From the NCBI RefSeq assembly GCF_009834535.1, contig NC_045704.1, positions 43,710,001 to 43,774,000 of the forward strand: 64,000 bases of DNA, in the 5' to 3' direction. The first letter of the stretch is position 1. Each line of letters begins with the position of its first letter. Below the pieces are notes generated by a model, which was not told where the DNA came from, searched no databases, and saw only the letters and a list, made by a program, of their open reading frames with translations. This document shows, in pieces, positions 1-37,562 of the stretch. The translations under genes were made by a program, and so were the position numbers. Origin of the DNA: Camelus ferus. Its lineage: Eukaryota.

Positions 1-410
1 GGTGATGGTACATTTTTCTCTATTTCGTCTAGCTAAGAGCTTTCAGTCCACCAGTAACTAAGATCAAATGTTATTAAATGTTCATGTTGCCATCCTTCTG
101 TAAATACTGAATTTTCCCCGTCATTTAGCACTGTGTTGCTTCCATCTGTCTTAATGCTGGCATTAAGATCATGAGCCCTTTTTCTCCAATAGTGCAGGCT
201 TTGAAAACTACTTTTATTAAGTTATTGATGCAATTTGATATTTTTCCATAATTATATTTAAACAAAATTACATCATTGCATCATGTTTTCTAAATTCATC
301 TCCATCAAAACTTGCCTTAAGCTACCAGATTGCTTTTGCCACCATTAGCCATATTGTGTGTTTGTTTAATTTACTTTCACAATAAACTTCTGTGTAGTGA
401 ACTTCTGGGT
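1..410 (+). other. CBFB: Terminal part of the CBFB 3'UTR
   Basis: AT-rich non-coding sequence ending in AATAAA (381-386) followed by a GU/U-rich tract. It resembles the recalled human CBFB mRNA 3' end, and synteny (CBFB directly upstream of PHAF1) supports the call. Confidence 0.8.
381..386 (+). terminator. CBFB: Poly(A) signal of CBFB
   Basis: AATAAA at 381-386 with downstream TGTGT and T-rich elements. Confidence 0.75.
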
Positions 411-1165
411 CTTGAATCTTTATTGTCATAATCCAACAGTTTCTGTTCTGGTGTTCGTTATGACATAAAAATTGATTTTGTTGTTTCTTAACTGTTCTTG
501 CATCCTGCTTTTTAGCCTTAAAAAAACCGCTGCCAGCAACAGTGGCATCTAGTGGTCATTTCTGTTAATTCCAAAGAAAATCTTTAATGTAAATATCACA
601 AAGAATAGTAATTTCCCAATGTTTATTACACTTTTCAAAAAACCTGGCTTGATTTACCTATTCTGTGAGGGTATGACTCTGTAACTATAGAGTAGTGACC
701 TTGGAGGAAATGAAGAATTCCAAAAATTGCACATCCAAATAACTACCATCTTTCAAGCTAGTCATTCTAGGAATATATACCCAATTTGATTGTGCTGGTG
801 TTATATCAGACATTATTAGGACTTTTCTTGGCATATTCCTACATCTTTTACTTTAGAAGCATGCCGTAAGCTTGATCCGTAAGAAAAAGGATTACTTATT
901 TATCACCAGACTTACTTCAAATAACAAATACCTTTAAATGCTGAATTCACACTATTAAGCAAAGTTTCAAAGAATAAGATTCATACTTTGAGGGTTAATT
1001 TCAAAAAATTATTTGAGCAGTAGTAGCATCATGGGTTCAGTAAGTATATCACCTCCAGAAACAAGCATTTGGATATGTTAGTTTGGGGCTGCCTGAGAAA
1101 AGAGATAATCTTATTTGATTTATGCCTCATTTGGCACTGGGGAGCTTGTTCAAGTGATAAGCCAC

Positions 1166-1683
1166 TGTATGAATCATCCATTGCTACATAACACATTGCC
1201 CCAAAACTTAGCACCTTAATACAATAAACATTTCACAGTTCCTGTGGGTCAAAAATCTGGAAGATGCTAAACCCAGTGGTCTAATCTGAGGTCTCTCCCG
1301 AAGTTAGAGTCAAATTGTCAATCTGGGCTACAGTCATCTCAAAGCTTAACCATGGCTGAAAGATCCCCTTCAAAGCCCACTCGTTTGGCCATCGAGTGGC
1401 ATCATTTTCTTGCAGATCAGTGGATGAAAGCCCTTGATTCTTTGCTAGTTGTTACGGGTAGAGATCTTCTTCATTTCTTTGCCACATGGGTGTCTCCAAA
1501 TGGCAGCTCACAGCTTAGGAGATGGTTTTCCCCTTGTGGTCCAAGGAAGAGTGCATGCCTAAGATGAAAGTCACATCTTAACCTAATCTTGGGCTGCCAT
1601 ATTCCGTATGTTAAAAGTGAATCATGGGGTCAGGCTCACACTGAAAGGTGGGCAAAGAGTGTGAACAGGTTTTTAAAACCACA
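1166..1683. mobile_element. MaLR (MLT1-family) solo LTR
   Basis: TGTAT...TTGCTACATAACACATTGCCCCAAAACTTAG...CACAGTTCCTGTGGGTCAAAAATCTGG...AAAACCACA pattern. Subfamily not resolved. Confidence 0.65.
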
Positions 1684-2128
1684 GCTATATTGCCATATAA
1701 ATATATATCTGAGTATTTACAAGACATCAGTGTTTTGATCTCCCAAACATTCTCTAAAGGTAAGATTTCAGTCTTTTGCAGGCATATTTCAAGGCATTAA
1801 TCCCCCCCAGATAGCATCAATTCCCTTTCTTGCATCACCGTGGTATAAACATATATGGTATTTCAAAAATGATACAAGTCTAGAAAATATTTTTAGGATG
1901 GAACCATGGGTGGAAATGGCAATTTGGTTCATTTAAATTTAGGATACTCTAAAACAGATATGTCACTGTATGAGTCAACTCTCAGCTTTTGGTTAGAATA
2001 ATTTAAGCAACTTGGAGTTAAAGTCATTATTGGCCTTATTCAGGTTTCAGAAACATTGGGAAATGTGAGAAGATAAGATAACGGGGGAAATTTTTGATCA
2101 GAGAAGATAAATGTATATCCATGATGTT

Positions 2129-2530
2129 CAGTAAGGTAGGTGCTAGCCATGTGTGGCCATCAAGCACTTGAAATGTGGCTAGTACAACCAAGAAACTGAA
2201 TTTTTATTTGTTAATTTAAAAACTAAGGCAGGGTTAAATATTTTTCTGTTAAACAAAATGTTGTTTTAGGAGGACTGCATTTCACACTGGCCTTTGCAAA
2301 TTTAGTGTCCAGATTGAGATGAACTGCTAGTGTAAAATACTCACCAGATAACAAAATAGATAACAAAAGAAAAAATACTTATTTTTTAATTTTGATTACA
2401 TATTAAAGTAATATTTTATATACTGAGTTATACTGATACTTGATACATTGGGTTAAAATACATTAAAATTTTTTTTCCTTTTTAATGTCACTAATAGAAA
2501 CTTTTTAATTGTGTATACTAGCTCACATCA
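2129..2530. mobile_element. hAT-Charlie MITE remnants (MER3/MER33-like)
   Basis: CTAGCCATGTGTGGCCATCAAGCACTTGAAATGTGGCTAGT...TTGAGATGAACTGCTAGTGTAAAATAC motifs. Confidence 0.6.
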
Positions 2531-2669
2531 ATATTAAAATTGTAAGTGGGCACAGATCATACAACCAAAAGGAAAAATAAAAAGGAAAATGTTGAGGCTT
2601 ACTATTACTGTTTAAAAAAAAAAGATTAAAACAAAGTATGATATGATTTTATCCCCTAGGATCATTTCG

Positions 2670-3230
2670 GGTAAAAGTGTCTATCCAATGCCCAAAATAG
2701 ACATGGTTCCTGCCCTCAGGGAACCTACAGTCTAGCTCAAAAACTAACCAAAGCAGTAACATTTAAGTTATATTGAAAGTTCTGGCTGTTACGAGATATG
2801 TCTCATTTGGTCTGAGTGGTCAAAAAAAAAGCTTCCTTGAGACATTTGAGCTGAGATCTGGGGGATGGCAGACATTACACCAGCATTGAGAAGTTGACAA
2901 AAATATTACACGTAGCATGGCCAGTTTGAGAAACTAAGTGCAGTTGAGTATGACTGGGACATGGAATGAAAGGGGGCTGCAGCCGTGAGATGAATCTGAA
3001 AGGGTCAGCACAGGCCAGGGTGAGGTCACAAGCAGTGCTGGATGGGTTTTTCCAGCCATGTTAAAATGTTTGGACCATTCCCAAGGGCAAACAGTAAGCC
3101 ACTGAAGCATTGTGAGTTTGAGGGAATAGGTGCTTGGTAAAGCTCATTTTTGGTTGATTGGAGAGAACAAGACTAGATGCAGCAAATCAGTCCCATTGAT
3201 CATATGGTGACCCAGTAGGGAGATTAAGAG
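2670..3230 (-). mobile_element. L2 LINE fragment
   Basis: AGACATGGTTCCTGCCCTCAGGGAACCTACAGTCTAG...GGCTTCCTTGAG...TTTGAGCTGAGATCTG are typical antisense L2 motifs. Confidence 0.6.
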
Positions 3231-3986
3231 TAGCTTAGTGGGCACAGAAACCTTGCAAAAAAGTACAGGAGGCATAACTGACAATTTTCCCAGTTTCTCT
3301 TATCTGGATAGGCTGGTTGTGTTGCCTAAAACCCGCCAAATTTTATTGACTTGAAGACTTAACTCTTACTTGCTAAATACCCATCGGTGATTGACCTAAC
3401 CTGACAGAGCCATCACTGGAACATTGCCAGCCATGTGACAGAGTCAAAAAGATAGTGTAATGAAATAGACACTGACTTTTAAAACTGTCACCTAAAATTG
3501 ACACATGAGACTTCTGTTTACATTTCATTGGACCTAGCAAATCACAGGGCCATTTCCAGCTTCAACTGGTCAGGGAACTGCAATCCTACCTTTTGCCCTG
3601 GAAACAGACCATTTGTGAGCAGCTCTAATACCATCCTTTGAATTATTAAATATTTAATTTTACTATCCTTCCCTCAAGAAAATGTATCTACCATGGGAGA
3701 CAACCTGAAAGTCCTAGCTGGTCGGGCATTAGGCTAAAATTCTAGGATATGTGGTGATCTGCCCTCTACACAGCCAATATACAGTGATGAAATAGGGACA
3801 GGAAAAGTGCAGGGAACACTTCCATTCAGAAGGGAAGAATAAAGTCATTGATCTTTTATGATATGTCATTGGGGAGACCATTTGAGGGCCCTCTGCCTTG
3901 AAAGGGGAGTGTTCTTTGTAAGGCTGATTGAGAGGGACTCACCAGTCCATCACTTTTCATGACTCACGGCCCCATCCCTGGTCTTT

Positions 3987-4004
3987 TGTGTGTGTGTGTG
4001 TGTG
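3987..4004. repeat. (TG)9 microsatellite
   Basis: Direct reading. Confidence 0.9.
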
Positions 4005-4329
4005 CCTTGACAAGTATAATCAATAGTAATCATGGTACTAAGATTCTGTTTTCCAGGCTGTTCACTGAGGCTTCAACTTGGTAAATCTTCACCTAAATTA
4101 CAACACATGAGTTTTAACAGAAGGGTTGGCATCCTTCCAGCCTCCAGTGTCAGTTTCTCTAGCCACTTTCCTGTCTGAGTGATACCACCATCTGTCCAGC
4201 TACCCAAAGCTAGAAACCTGTGTTTTTATCCTTGACTTCTTTTCTCCTTCATCTTCTATATCCAATCTGTAGGTCCTGCCAATGGATTCCATCAGTTCTG
4301 TCACTGTTAGACTTTTTTTTTAATTTACA

Positions 4330-4520
4330 CACAAAGCTTTTACCATAACTCAAGACATTCTTATAAGTGCAGTCCTCCTAACAAATCTGTGAGGTTACAG
4401 TCATTTTAGAAATGAGGAAACTAAGGCATGGAGAAGTTAAGTAGCTTGCCAAGGCACAAAATTATAAAGTGGCAGAACTAGGATCAAATTCCCAATGCAT
4501 GTACTTAACCACTCACTATA
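4330..4520 (-). mobile_element. MIR SINE
   Basis: CATTTTAGAAATGAGGAAACTAAGGCATGGAGAAGTTAAGTAGCTTGCCAAGG. Confidence 0.65.
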
Positions 4521-4980
4521 CTGTAACCTGAGGCTGTCCCTGCAAGTATGCCTTGAACTGCCTTGATGACTGACTCCCTGAATAGTCTTAGCAGTCCATC
4601 AACAGTCAGTTCAGTGTTTCTGAACACCCCTACCCTGTTTGGAGGAATAGCAGTTGCTGACATTCTCCCAAGTTTTCCTACTCTCCTGAGGCATCTCCTG
4701 CTCCTGCTCTGTATACCAGGCTCTGGGCTCTAGCCTCCTCCCAGACCACCATCCCAAAGCTGTCACTCCTACCCCTGATGAAAACCTGAGTGGATTATAA
4801 TTAAGTCCAAGGTTTGGGGATAGCACAATGAGCAAATATAACCATTTGTTGTTGACCGACATTGTTCACAGAAATCTATCTGCCTATTAACCCAACAAAG
4901 ATATTAGTCAATTTCTTGGGGGCCTCCGCAACCTTGTTCTTCCTGTTTCTTGGGTTTCCCAAACTAAAAATCCTTTTCAC

Positions 4981-5350
4981 TGTTGACAAAAAAAATTAGT
5001 CAATCTAAGAAAGAAATAGAAAATTTTATTTGAGACAAACTGAGGATTATAACCCAGGAACCACCTCTCAGAATGCTCTGAGAACTGTTCCACCCATTAC
5101 AGGTCAAAGCACAATTATATAAGTTTTGAGACAGAAGGCTGTACATTAAATGATGTATTATTGACAGTTTACACAATCCAGAATCGTACATGGTGGGCAG
5201 TGGGTCAGCATAACCCCTTACAGGACAAAGAAGGAAGGTTATCTCAAGGAGTTGTGACCCTTGATAAAATTAAAAAGGATGTTATCTCCTAAGGAGGTCT
5301 GGTTAATACTGATGCACAAGACACACTAAGGGGAGGGATGAGGCCTAAAT
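4981..5350. mobile_element. ERV1-type solo LTR fragment (artiodactyl MER41-like)
   Basis: Starts TGTTGAC...TTTTATTTGAGACAAACTGAGGATTATAACCCAGG...CTCTCAGAATGCTCTGAGAACTGTTCC. Right edge uncertain. Confidence 0.5.
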
Positions 5351-5929
5351 TTTATGTTTAAATTTTTTTCATTTTGCCATAAAATATTAATTTTATTCAT
5401 CACGTTATCCATAGTGTGTGGCTTTCTTTTCCTCCTTCTTTGCTTACACCCCCACCCAGGCTTTCCTCCCCTCATTGGTTTACCAGAAATAAGTCCCTCC
5501 AAGTGTTTTTTAAATAGAAGAATCATTCCTAGTCAGGTTGGATTTGAGTTCAATTTAGACATTTCAAATTGACTAAGATTACTCTTCACCAACATAAGGA
5601 GGCTTTTTTCATGTCTCCTTCCTACACTACCTAGGCCAGCTGTCCAACTAACCTTTCCTAACATCTTTAACACTTGCCAACCATGGTAAGAGGTAAATGT
5701 CTCCCTTATCCCCAGCCTCTCCCTCCTCCCCATATTAGGTATAATTGACAATTTTTTGTTTATCTTTCAAGAAATGTTCTCGCTTTTTTGGTGTGACCAA
5801 TGTTTCTTTTATTTCTGTTTTTACAGGGGAAAAAATGGGTCATACTATACAATTTTGCACCTGGTTTTTTTCTCTTAGAGCCCCTTCCACATCAGCATAT
5901 AAGGATATACTTTTTTTTTAAACGAATCC

Positions 5930-5934
<5 letters not shown>

Positions 5935-5990
<56 letters not shown>
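5935..5990. repeat. (TA)28 microsatellite
   Basis: Direct reading of a perfect tract. Confidence 0.95.
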
Positions 5991-5993
<3 letters not shown>

Positions 5994-6569
5994 TATCATT
6001 ATATATCTCTATACATATATCAGGGTTTAGTTAGCCACTTCCCTACTGATCAATGACTTAGTTCTATTGTTTTGGCATAGAGTGCTGCAAATGGACATCC
6101 TTCTCCATGTTTGTTTTAATGCCAGTAGTAGTGACTTCAAGTTTTGATAGAGCCTCCCATGTTACACTCCTACAAGCCAGTTTAAAAATTTAGCATGTCA
6201 CTGTCTTCCCTGCTACAAGTCTTCTTCCAGGGGCAATGTTATGGAAAGAATTTGAGTTCTACTGCCTAGGACCACGAGGCCTTTAGCCTCTTTGGGCCTC
6301 ATTCTTTTTTCATCTGTAAAGTGAAGTATAACCAGTTTAACATCTCAGGGTGGTGTGAGAGTCCAGACGCTGCATCCATAAAGGGTTGGCTCCAGGAGAA
6401 GTCTGGTTGCCTTTCAGTTTTAGAGTGTCCCAGGGCACTGGCCAAAAGCTCAAGCTGAATAGTCTAGAGGATTCCCTACTCCAGACTTGTAACTGAGAAA
6501 ATGAGACACAGAGAGCACCAGAGGTTTGGTCAAAACCACACAGCGTTGGCAGTAAAGCTGGTTCTGGCT

Positions 6570-31340
<24,771 letters not shown>

Positions 31341-32060
31341 GGACATCACCACCCATGTCCCTCTGCCCCATGGAATTGTGCTTCACATCTTGTCCAGTGG
31401 GCCTCCCTGTGCTACCCTGTGGGTTTTGTCGGACACCTTACCAGCGTGGAAGGGCTGTTGTGATGTTCTGAGGTGGGGCTCAGGCTGGATGTTATGCCGT
31501 GGGGTGAGAGAGCCAGATATTCCTCTGTCTGTTCTCAGCCTGCTGGTGCCAACAGGGGACGCAGACTGCAGAGAGAAGCACAAACTCTGAGCCTTGATAC
31601 CTGGACCCAGGAGCTCTCTACTAATGTAAGGAGGCAGGGTTCTGTCTCCCCTGTCCCATACACATTGGAAAACTTGGGGCTCTTTCTGTGGCTGAGGACA
31701 CAGGAACCCAGGACGAGGACAAGGTCCTGCCTTTGGCCCAACATTGCCACATTACCCTTAAGGCAAGCAGGTAGCATGTCCACAGTACTTGGTTGCGACT
31801 TTTGCACTACATCCACTTTAGTTACTTGATGAGCTGGCTGTGCCCAAGGTGGCCCACCTGCCCTTCCCTCTTCCTTTCTTGCACGCGCTCTCTGCTAGGC
31901 CCAGTAGGCACTCCCAAGTGGTTGAAACAACTTTCTACCATTGAGTTATGTGCCCAGACCTGGTTCCCACCCCTCTTGGAGCGAGCCTTCAGGGTTGCCT
32001 GTGCCCCTACTCTGCCCAACCTGGCTGGCGGGGCTGCATGTTTCCATCTTGTCTGCCTCT

Positions 32061-32066
32061 TTTATT
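32061..32066 (-). terminator. B3GNT9: Candidate poly(A) signal of B3GNT9
   Basis: Plus-strand TTTATT is AATAAA on the minus strand, with an overlapping ATTAAA at 32065-32070. I saw no other canonical minus-strand hexamer between here and the B3GNT9 stop (gap excluded). Confidence 0.6.
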
Positions 32067-32257
32067 TAATGCCAAAGTTTTAGCCAAAGACATCTTCCTC
32101 CTTTTGTTGTGTTTCAGCATTCTGTCCTGCACTATGGACTTGGCTTCGCTGTCCCAAGCCAGGGCAGTGTCTCCTGGCCAGGCCCATTCATGGCTCAAGG
32201 CCTCTGGGGCTCAAGGAGGGCTGGCTGCTCAGTCTCTTCATGGGACTTACTAAGGAA

Positions 32258-32475
32258 NNNNNNNNNNNNNNNNNNNNNNNNNNNNNNNNNNNNNNNNNNN
32301 NNNNNNNNNNNNNNNNNNNNNNNNNNNNNNNNNNNNNNNNNNNNNNNNNNNNNNNNNNNNNNNNNNNNNNNNNNNNNNNNNNNNNNNNNNNNNNNNNNNN
32401 NNNNNNNNNNNNNNNNNNNNNNNNNNNNNNNNNNNNNNNNNNNNNNNNNNNNNNNNNNNNNNNNNNNNNNNNNNN
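32258..32475. other. Assembly gap (218 N)
   Basis: Run of N. Confidence 1.
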
Positions 32476-32673
32476 CGGGCTCCTTTGTGGTTCCTGGGCA
32501 TATAGCCAGGTTTGTGTGGCATTCCCATGACTTTGTGACTGATTAGTGTCTTCCCATGTGGACTGTGGCCTGGCCAGAGACACCCTGCACATCCCACTGT
32601 GGGGCAGCCAGGACTGTTCCCATCCTCCTAGAATGGGGGAACCTTCCTCATGCCCTGCCCACACCCCTCCTCC

Positions 32674-32679
32674 AATAAA
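32674..32679 (+). terminator. PHAF1: Poly(A) signal of PHAF1
   Basis: AATAAA about 1.3 kb after the stop, followed by a GT-rich downstream element (GCTGTTGCTGGGGTGTTTGT). Confidence 0.7.
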
Positions 32680-33609
32680 GACCTATGCCCTCAGCAATAT
32701 GCTGTTGCTGGGGTGTTTGTACTAAAATAAGCATGGAGGCATTGTTTTTTGGTGGGGGATGAGAAAGGGGGTGGTTGAAGAATATGGGGAAATTAATAGT
32801 GAAGTCATCTTAGGAGAAGAGGTTCCTTGGCTCCTCTGAAGGGGGCAGCATGGCCTCCAGTAGGAGACTCAGTTTTGTGGTTGTAGGTTCTTTTTCAGTG
32901 GGTAGCTGGAGGTGGTGAAAGACTTTAGGTAGGACAATGCCCTCAGTCCCTGTGTGTCTCCATCCCTGGTGTTCCATCCAGTCCAGGGCTCGGGAGTTGG
33001 CCCCAGGAAAGCAGACAGTAGGAGAACTAAAGACCTGGACAGGATTAAGAATCCACTTTGAAGGGACAGGTAGGAAGCAAAACACCTACTTTCAGATTGA
33101 GTTGTGGGAGAATGCCTGCCAGTCCCATGAGGACTGAGGTCAGGTCCCTACCCCCGCCCCTCCCTGTGGGGCCATCCTTGAGAAAGACCTGCATTTGTCT
33201 GCCCTAGGAATTCCAAGCCAAGGAGTATGGTCAGATTCCATGAGCCTCTGCCACTCCCACCACACACACGTCCCTACTAGGAGCACCAAACATGTTTACC
33301 TGCTTGGCAAAGAGCCTGATGGTACACCACCTCATCCCTGCCCATCTCAAGAGCCACCATTTGATTGGTTCCAGATCACCTCCCATTAGGGTAGGTCAGC
33401 AGGAGCCAAGCTCAATCTTCAATCCCTGAGACCCTGAGGCGGCAGACTCCTGGTGATAGTGGGGCTGGATCCTGAACTCACGCCCTTTTCTGCGGAAGAA
33501 CCATACACACCGCAGTAATCCACCCTGGGAAACCTACCATTAAAACCACCTCCCACTACATCCTGGGTCTGAATGAGGGGAGCTGGGAGCTGGGTGCTGT
33601 GATAAGTGG

Positions 33610-34818
33610 CTAGGGGCCCCACTGGAAAGGGCCAGTAGCGACAGGCCATGGATGCGCACAGGCTGGCCCACGCGGTCCGTGCAGCAGGTGCCACATAAGC
33701 CAGATGTCAGCAGCGGAGAGCCCGTGCACTACAAGAAGCTCGCGGTAAAAGCAGGGGTCAAAGGTGCGTAAGTGCGGCGCGGCTGAAGGCCGAGAGATAC
33801 CAAAGGTGCGGAAAGCAGGGTGCGGCTCAGGTGTGAGACGCAGGCGCTGTAGACACATGCCCAGAAAGACGTCGTCGATGGGGAAGAGCTCAACCTGCGC
33901 GCAGGCACCAGCCAGGCGGCGCAGTGTGGCCCCTGAGAGCACGAAGCCACCGCCGCCTGCATAGGCCGGGTAGGCGGGCAAGCCGTACACAGCCTCGGGA
34001 ATGTAGTACTTGCTAGCCCGCACTCGGATTGGCCGCGCCTGCACGATCACGTCACCCGCAAGCAGGTCCTGCGCCGGGTCCCGCGGCGCCAAGAACTCCA
34101 GCAGGTTTCCCACATGCACGAACACGTCGGCGTCGCCTTTAAAAACGAAGCGCACGTCGGGGCAGTAGGCGGAGGCCCAGGCCAGGAAGTGGATCTCCTT
34201 GAGCGTCAAGTTGAAAAAAGTGTCGTCGAAGGCCCAGAGTAGGATGTCTGCGTACGCTCGACTCTCAGCACGCAGCAGAGCGCTCCAGTGCGTTTGCGTG
34301 CCCGCCCCCTCCGCGTCTGCCCCGTCCGTGCCTGCGCCCCTGGGCACGCCCAGCAGGAACACCCGGCGCACAAGCGCCCCCTGCACGCGACCCTCAGCAC
34401 CCCACGTCTGGCGCACGGCTTGGCGCCGCTCGAAGTCAGCCGCCACCGACTTAACGGCGATGAGCAGGTCAGGTCCGCTGGCAGATGCGCCATTTCCTCG
34501 GCACTTGTGCGGCTGGTTAATGAGCAGAGGGAAGCGCCGCTGGTCCTTGGCGCGCAGATAGCGACCAAAGTCAAAGGGTCCCGTGGGCGTGGGCGGCTGC
34601 GGCGTGTCCTCTTCGTAGGCCGGCGGGGCTGCACCCGCGTCGGGTGCCGGGAATACACGGAGCCCCGCGGTGGGCTCCAGCGCCGCCCCCTCTTGAGCTC
34701 GCGGCGCGCTTGTCGTCGGTGCCGCGCCATCGCGCTGCGCGTAGAGGAGGAGGCCGAGGGCGGCGCCGAGAAGCAGCGTGAGCGACGCTTCTCTGCGTAG
34801 GCGCAGCCTCCGCCTCAT
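33610..34818 (-). CDS. B3GNT9: UDP-GlcNAc:betaGal beta-1,3-N-acetylglucosaminyltransferase 9 (GT31 family), 402 aa, single coding exon
   Basis: ATG at 34818 ([26 protein letters not shown], type II signal anchor). GT31 motifs [40 protein letters not shown] and [10 protein letters not shown] are present. 1209 nt. Splice acceptor at 34845-34846, 26 nt upstream of the ATG. Confidence 0.95.
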   Translation of the reverse strand: MRRRLRLRREASLTLLLGAALGLLLYAQRDGAAPTTSAPRAQEGAALEPTAGLRVFPAPDAGAAPPAYEEDTPQPPTPTGPFDFGRYLRAKDQRRFPLLINQPHKCRGNGASASGPDLLIAVKSVAADFERRQAVRQTWGAEGRVQGALVRRVFLLGVPRGAGTDGADAEGAGTQTHWSALLRAESRAYADILLWAFDDTFFNLTLKEIHFLAWASAYCPDVRFVFKGDADVFVHVGNLLEFLAPRDPAQDLLAGDVIVQARPIRVRASKYYIPEAVYGLPAYPAYAGGGGFVLSGATLRRLAGACAQVELFPIDDVFLGMCLQRLRLTPEPHPAFRTFGISRPSAAPHLRTFDPCFYRELLVVHGLSAADIWLMWHLLHGPRGPACAHPWPVATGPFQWGP

Positions 34819-34999
34819 GTCCGCGTGGCCGGCGCCCGCGCCCCCTGGGGAGAGAGAACTCAATCAGGGCATCAGACTGGGAACCTAGCAGCCCCCAGGG
34901 TTTCCTACCCAGCCCTCCCCAAGGGGAGGGGGCAGGAGGCCATACTCCGGGGTCTCCAGCTACCAGCCGTTCATCCCCCTCCAGTGTCCTCCTACTTTG

Positions 35000-35450
35000 G
35001 GCCCTGACCACCCCCCACCGGGATGGGCACCCTGAAAGGGAAAGAAGTTCCTCCTAGTAGCTGACTCCCACCCCTGAGCTCCGGCCCAGGACGGTGCCCC
35101 AAGGCCGGGACAAGGACACGCAGAGCCTCGGCCCCACCCCCTTCCCGCGCTGAGGCCCAATCCATTTTACCCATCCCTACCCACCACGGTCGTCCTTGGA
35201 ATCTTGACACACCTTTGACCTTTGGGAGCGGCGCGGCCCCGCATGCCAGGGCCTCCGGGGCTCAGCGTAGGGTCCCAAGGGCGGCCATGGACGGGGCCTG
35301 GGCCAAATGCAACGTTGGCAGGAAGGGGGGGCCCGGGGCCGCTGCCACGTGACCCAACAGCTGTGCGCGCCCGGACATCTGGAGCTCAGCTCCGCCCTGG
35401 CGCCGCCGCTGTGAGCCCTGTCTCCGAGTGGGAACTAATTTCTGAGAGGG
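35000..35450 (-). promoter_or_regulatory. B3GNT9: CpG-rich promoter and non-coding first exon region of B3GNT9
   Basis: CpG-dense segment upstream of the 34844 exon start, with E-box CACGTG at 35346-35351 and a CTCCGCCC GC box. Exact exon 1 limits not resolved. Confidence 0.55.
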
Positions 35451-37556
35451 ATCCTCACTGGCAGCTCTCTCTGGGAAGGCTGGAAGAGGTGGATTCTGGT
35501 CTCTGTGCAGGCTCAAATTCCCCAAATCTGCCTTTCCAGGAGACAGGAAGAAGCATTAGCCCCTCCGGTTAGTTTCCCCATCCTTGCCTCTCCAGTGTGG
35601 GTCAGGGCCTGGGTTGGCAGGAGCACCAGGGCAGGCGGGTCCCAAATCCCTGGAGCCCAGCAACTTTGGCAAACACCTGGCGCCTCCCAACACAGCCTAG
35701 GAAGCGCCTCTCCTTGGCTTACCAGGAGCCCTGGTTCTGGAAGACAGGGTCCAAAAAATGCCCCAGATACATGGCTGCCTTCTTACTCTTGCTGGCAAAC
35801 ACACCACACAGACAAGAACCAACAAGACTGCTCGTTCAGTTCTCACAACCCTGTCAGCAGCTCTCATTGATCATGCCCAGATGGGTTTGCTGCCCTTCAG
35901 GGAGGTAAGTGACTTGCCCAGGATCATATAGGCAGAAGGTAAGAGCACGGCTTCAGGTCTTCCAGAATTCAGTCCAGGACTTTTTCCTCTGTCCTCCCTT
36001 GCCTCTCTCCCTCATCCACTGGGATACAGGACAGGGGGATGACCTTGTCTGCTTTAACTTCACAAGTGAGCACTTCAGTCTGTCTCCCTAGAGACAGTCC
36101 CCTGGTCCCTAGTGTCCAGGCCAGCGTAGCCTCCTGCAGGTAGAAATAATCAAGCTTGGGCCCCCTGCAGGTCCGGTAGGGCTGGCAGGGATTGGTTCAG
36201 CTTGGGGGACTCCTGAAGTAGGCTAGCAAGCAAAGGGTTTGTTTGATCTGGACCCAGGCAGGCAGAGAGGTGCTCTGGAGATTGAGGGCCCAGGCCTTGC
36301 CTAGCTCTGCTGCCACCTTTCACTTCCTGGAACTCAGAGCCTCCAGATCCCAGCTCATGCAATGGGTCTTGGAGTAGACAACCTCCACCCCCTACCCCAC
36401 CTGGGAGCTTCTGAGTGCAGGCTGTACGAACCAGCACTGCTACCCAGCACCATCCTCTTTCCAGTGGCTATGACTGCTGCTTCTGACTTCCTACCAGTGT
36501 TCTCCCTTAAAAAACAAACCCTGCATCCTGAGCCTCACTCTCCTGTTCACAGATTTCTCAGGAGTCCTCTGCTCTGGCTTTCTCTACTGCCTCACCTCCC
36601 ATCCCTCTTATGGTCTGGCTTCAGGCTGTCCCCACCGTGTCCCAGAAACAGCCTCCACCTAGTAACATTTTCCCTGACTCCAGTGGATACTCAGCCTTGA
36701 CAGGTTTGCAACCTCCAATACAGCAGGTGGGTATTTCCCTGGCTTCCAAACCTTCTGGTTTTCCTCCTTCCTCTTTGGGTTGCTCTTTTTCTGGTTGGTG
36801 TCCTTCAGGACCTACCCCCTGGCCACCTCACCCACTCCTACCTGTCCTTTTGTGAATCCTTAGCTTTGGCCCTTTCCTGAACTCAAAACTATAGATCCAG
36901 CTATGCACAGACTCCCTCCCTGGATATTCTATAGGAACATCATGCCCAACTTGTCCCAAACAAAGCAAGCACTGCACCTCCACCAGAGCCCCTAACTCAT
37001 CAGGCAGCTCTGCTCTCCATCCAGCTGGCAAAGACAGAAACTCTGGGGTCCTCTCCCACCTCCCTCCTCATTCAGTGTCACCAGGCCTGTTATCCTTTCT
37101 CCTCAACAGCTCTCAGTGTTCATCCCTTCCCTCCATCTCTGCTGCCAACAGCTCAACCTGGACTGCTGTCCTCTTTCTCTCTGCTTCCTCACCAGCCTCC
37201 CACCTTAACTGCAAAAACCCTTTAAAGGCTTCTCACTGGCCCCCAGATAAAATCCAGACTCTGTAAAATGACTTCCAGGCCCCACACTATCTGCCTCCCT
37301 CACTCACCAGTGGGTCTCTCTGCAAATCCACCCACCTCTAGATCCAGCCATTCTAGATGATCTGTTTTTCTAACATCCCTCCCTTTCATGTTTCTTAAGA
37401 CCTCATCTGAGGCTGCCCATGCTATTCTCTCAACCCTCCTACCCACCATTCACACCTATTTTTCTCCCAGGAAACCTGACTCCTAACCTGGGTTAGGCCC
37501 CTGCTTAGTCACTCCCACAACTCCTTGTATTTTTCACATTAAAAAACGGGTGGTAT

Positions 37557-37562
37557 TTTATT
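37557..37562 (-). terminator. TRADD: Poly(A) signal of TRADD
   Basis: Plus-strand TTTATT is AATAAA on the minus strand, about 490 nt after the stop. Confidence 0.7.

Noticed and set aside
32109-32664. ORFs spanning the N gaps (also 23826-24082)
   Set aside because: Artefacts of translating N as X.
34819-34863. 15-aa N-terminal extension of B3GNT9 in the ORF track (417 aa)
   Set aside because: Starts at a non-ATG codon and crosses the splice acceptor at 34845-34846. ATG 34818 gives the expected 402 aa.
33729-35011. Overlapping and antisense ORFs across B3GNT9 (e.g. 34206-34730, 34288-34800, 34571-35011)
   Set aside because: Shadow frames of a GC-rich coding exon, Arg/Pro/Ala-rich low complexity, no recognisable domain.
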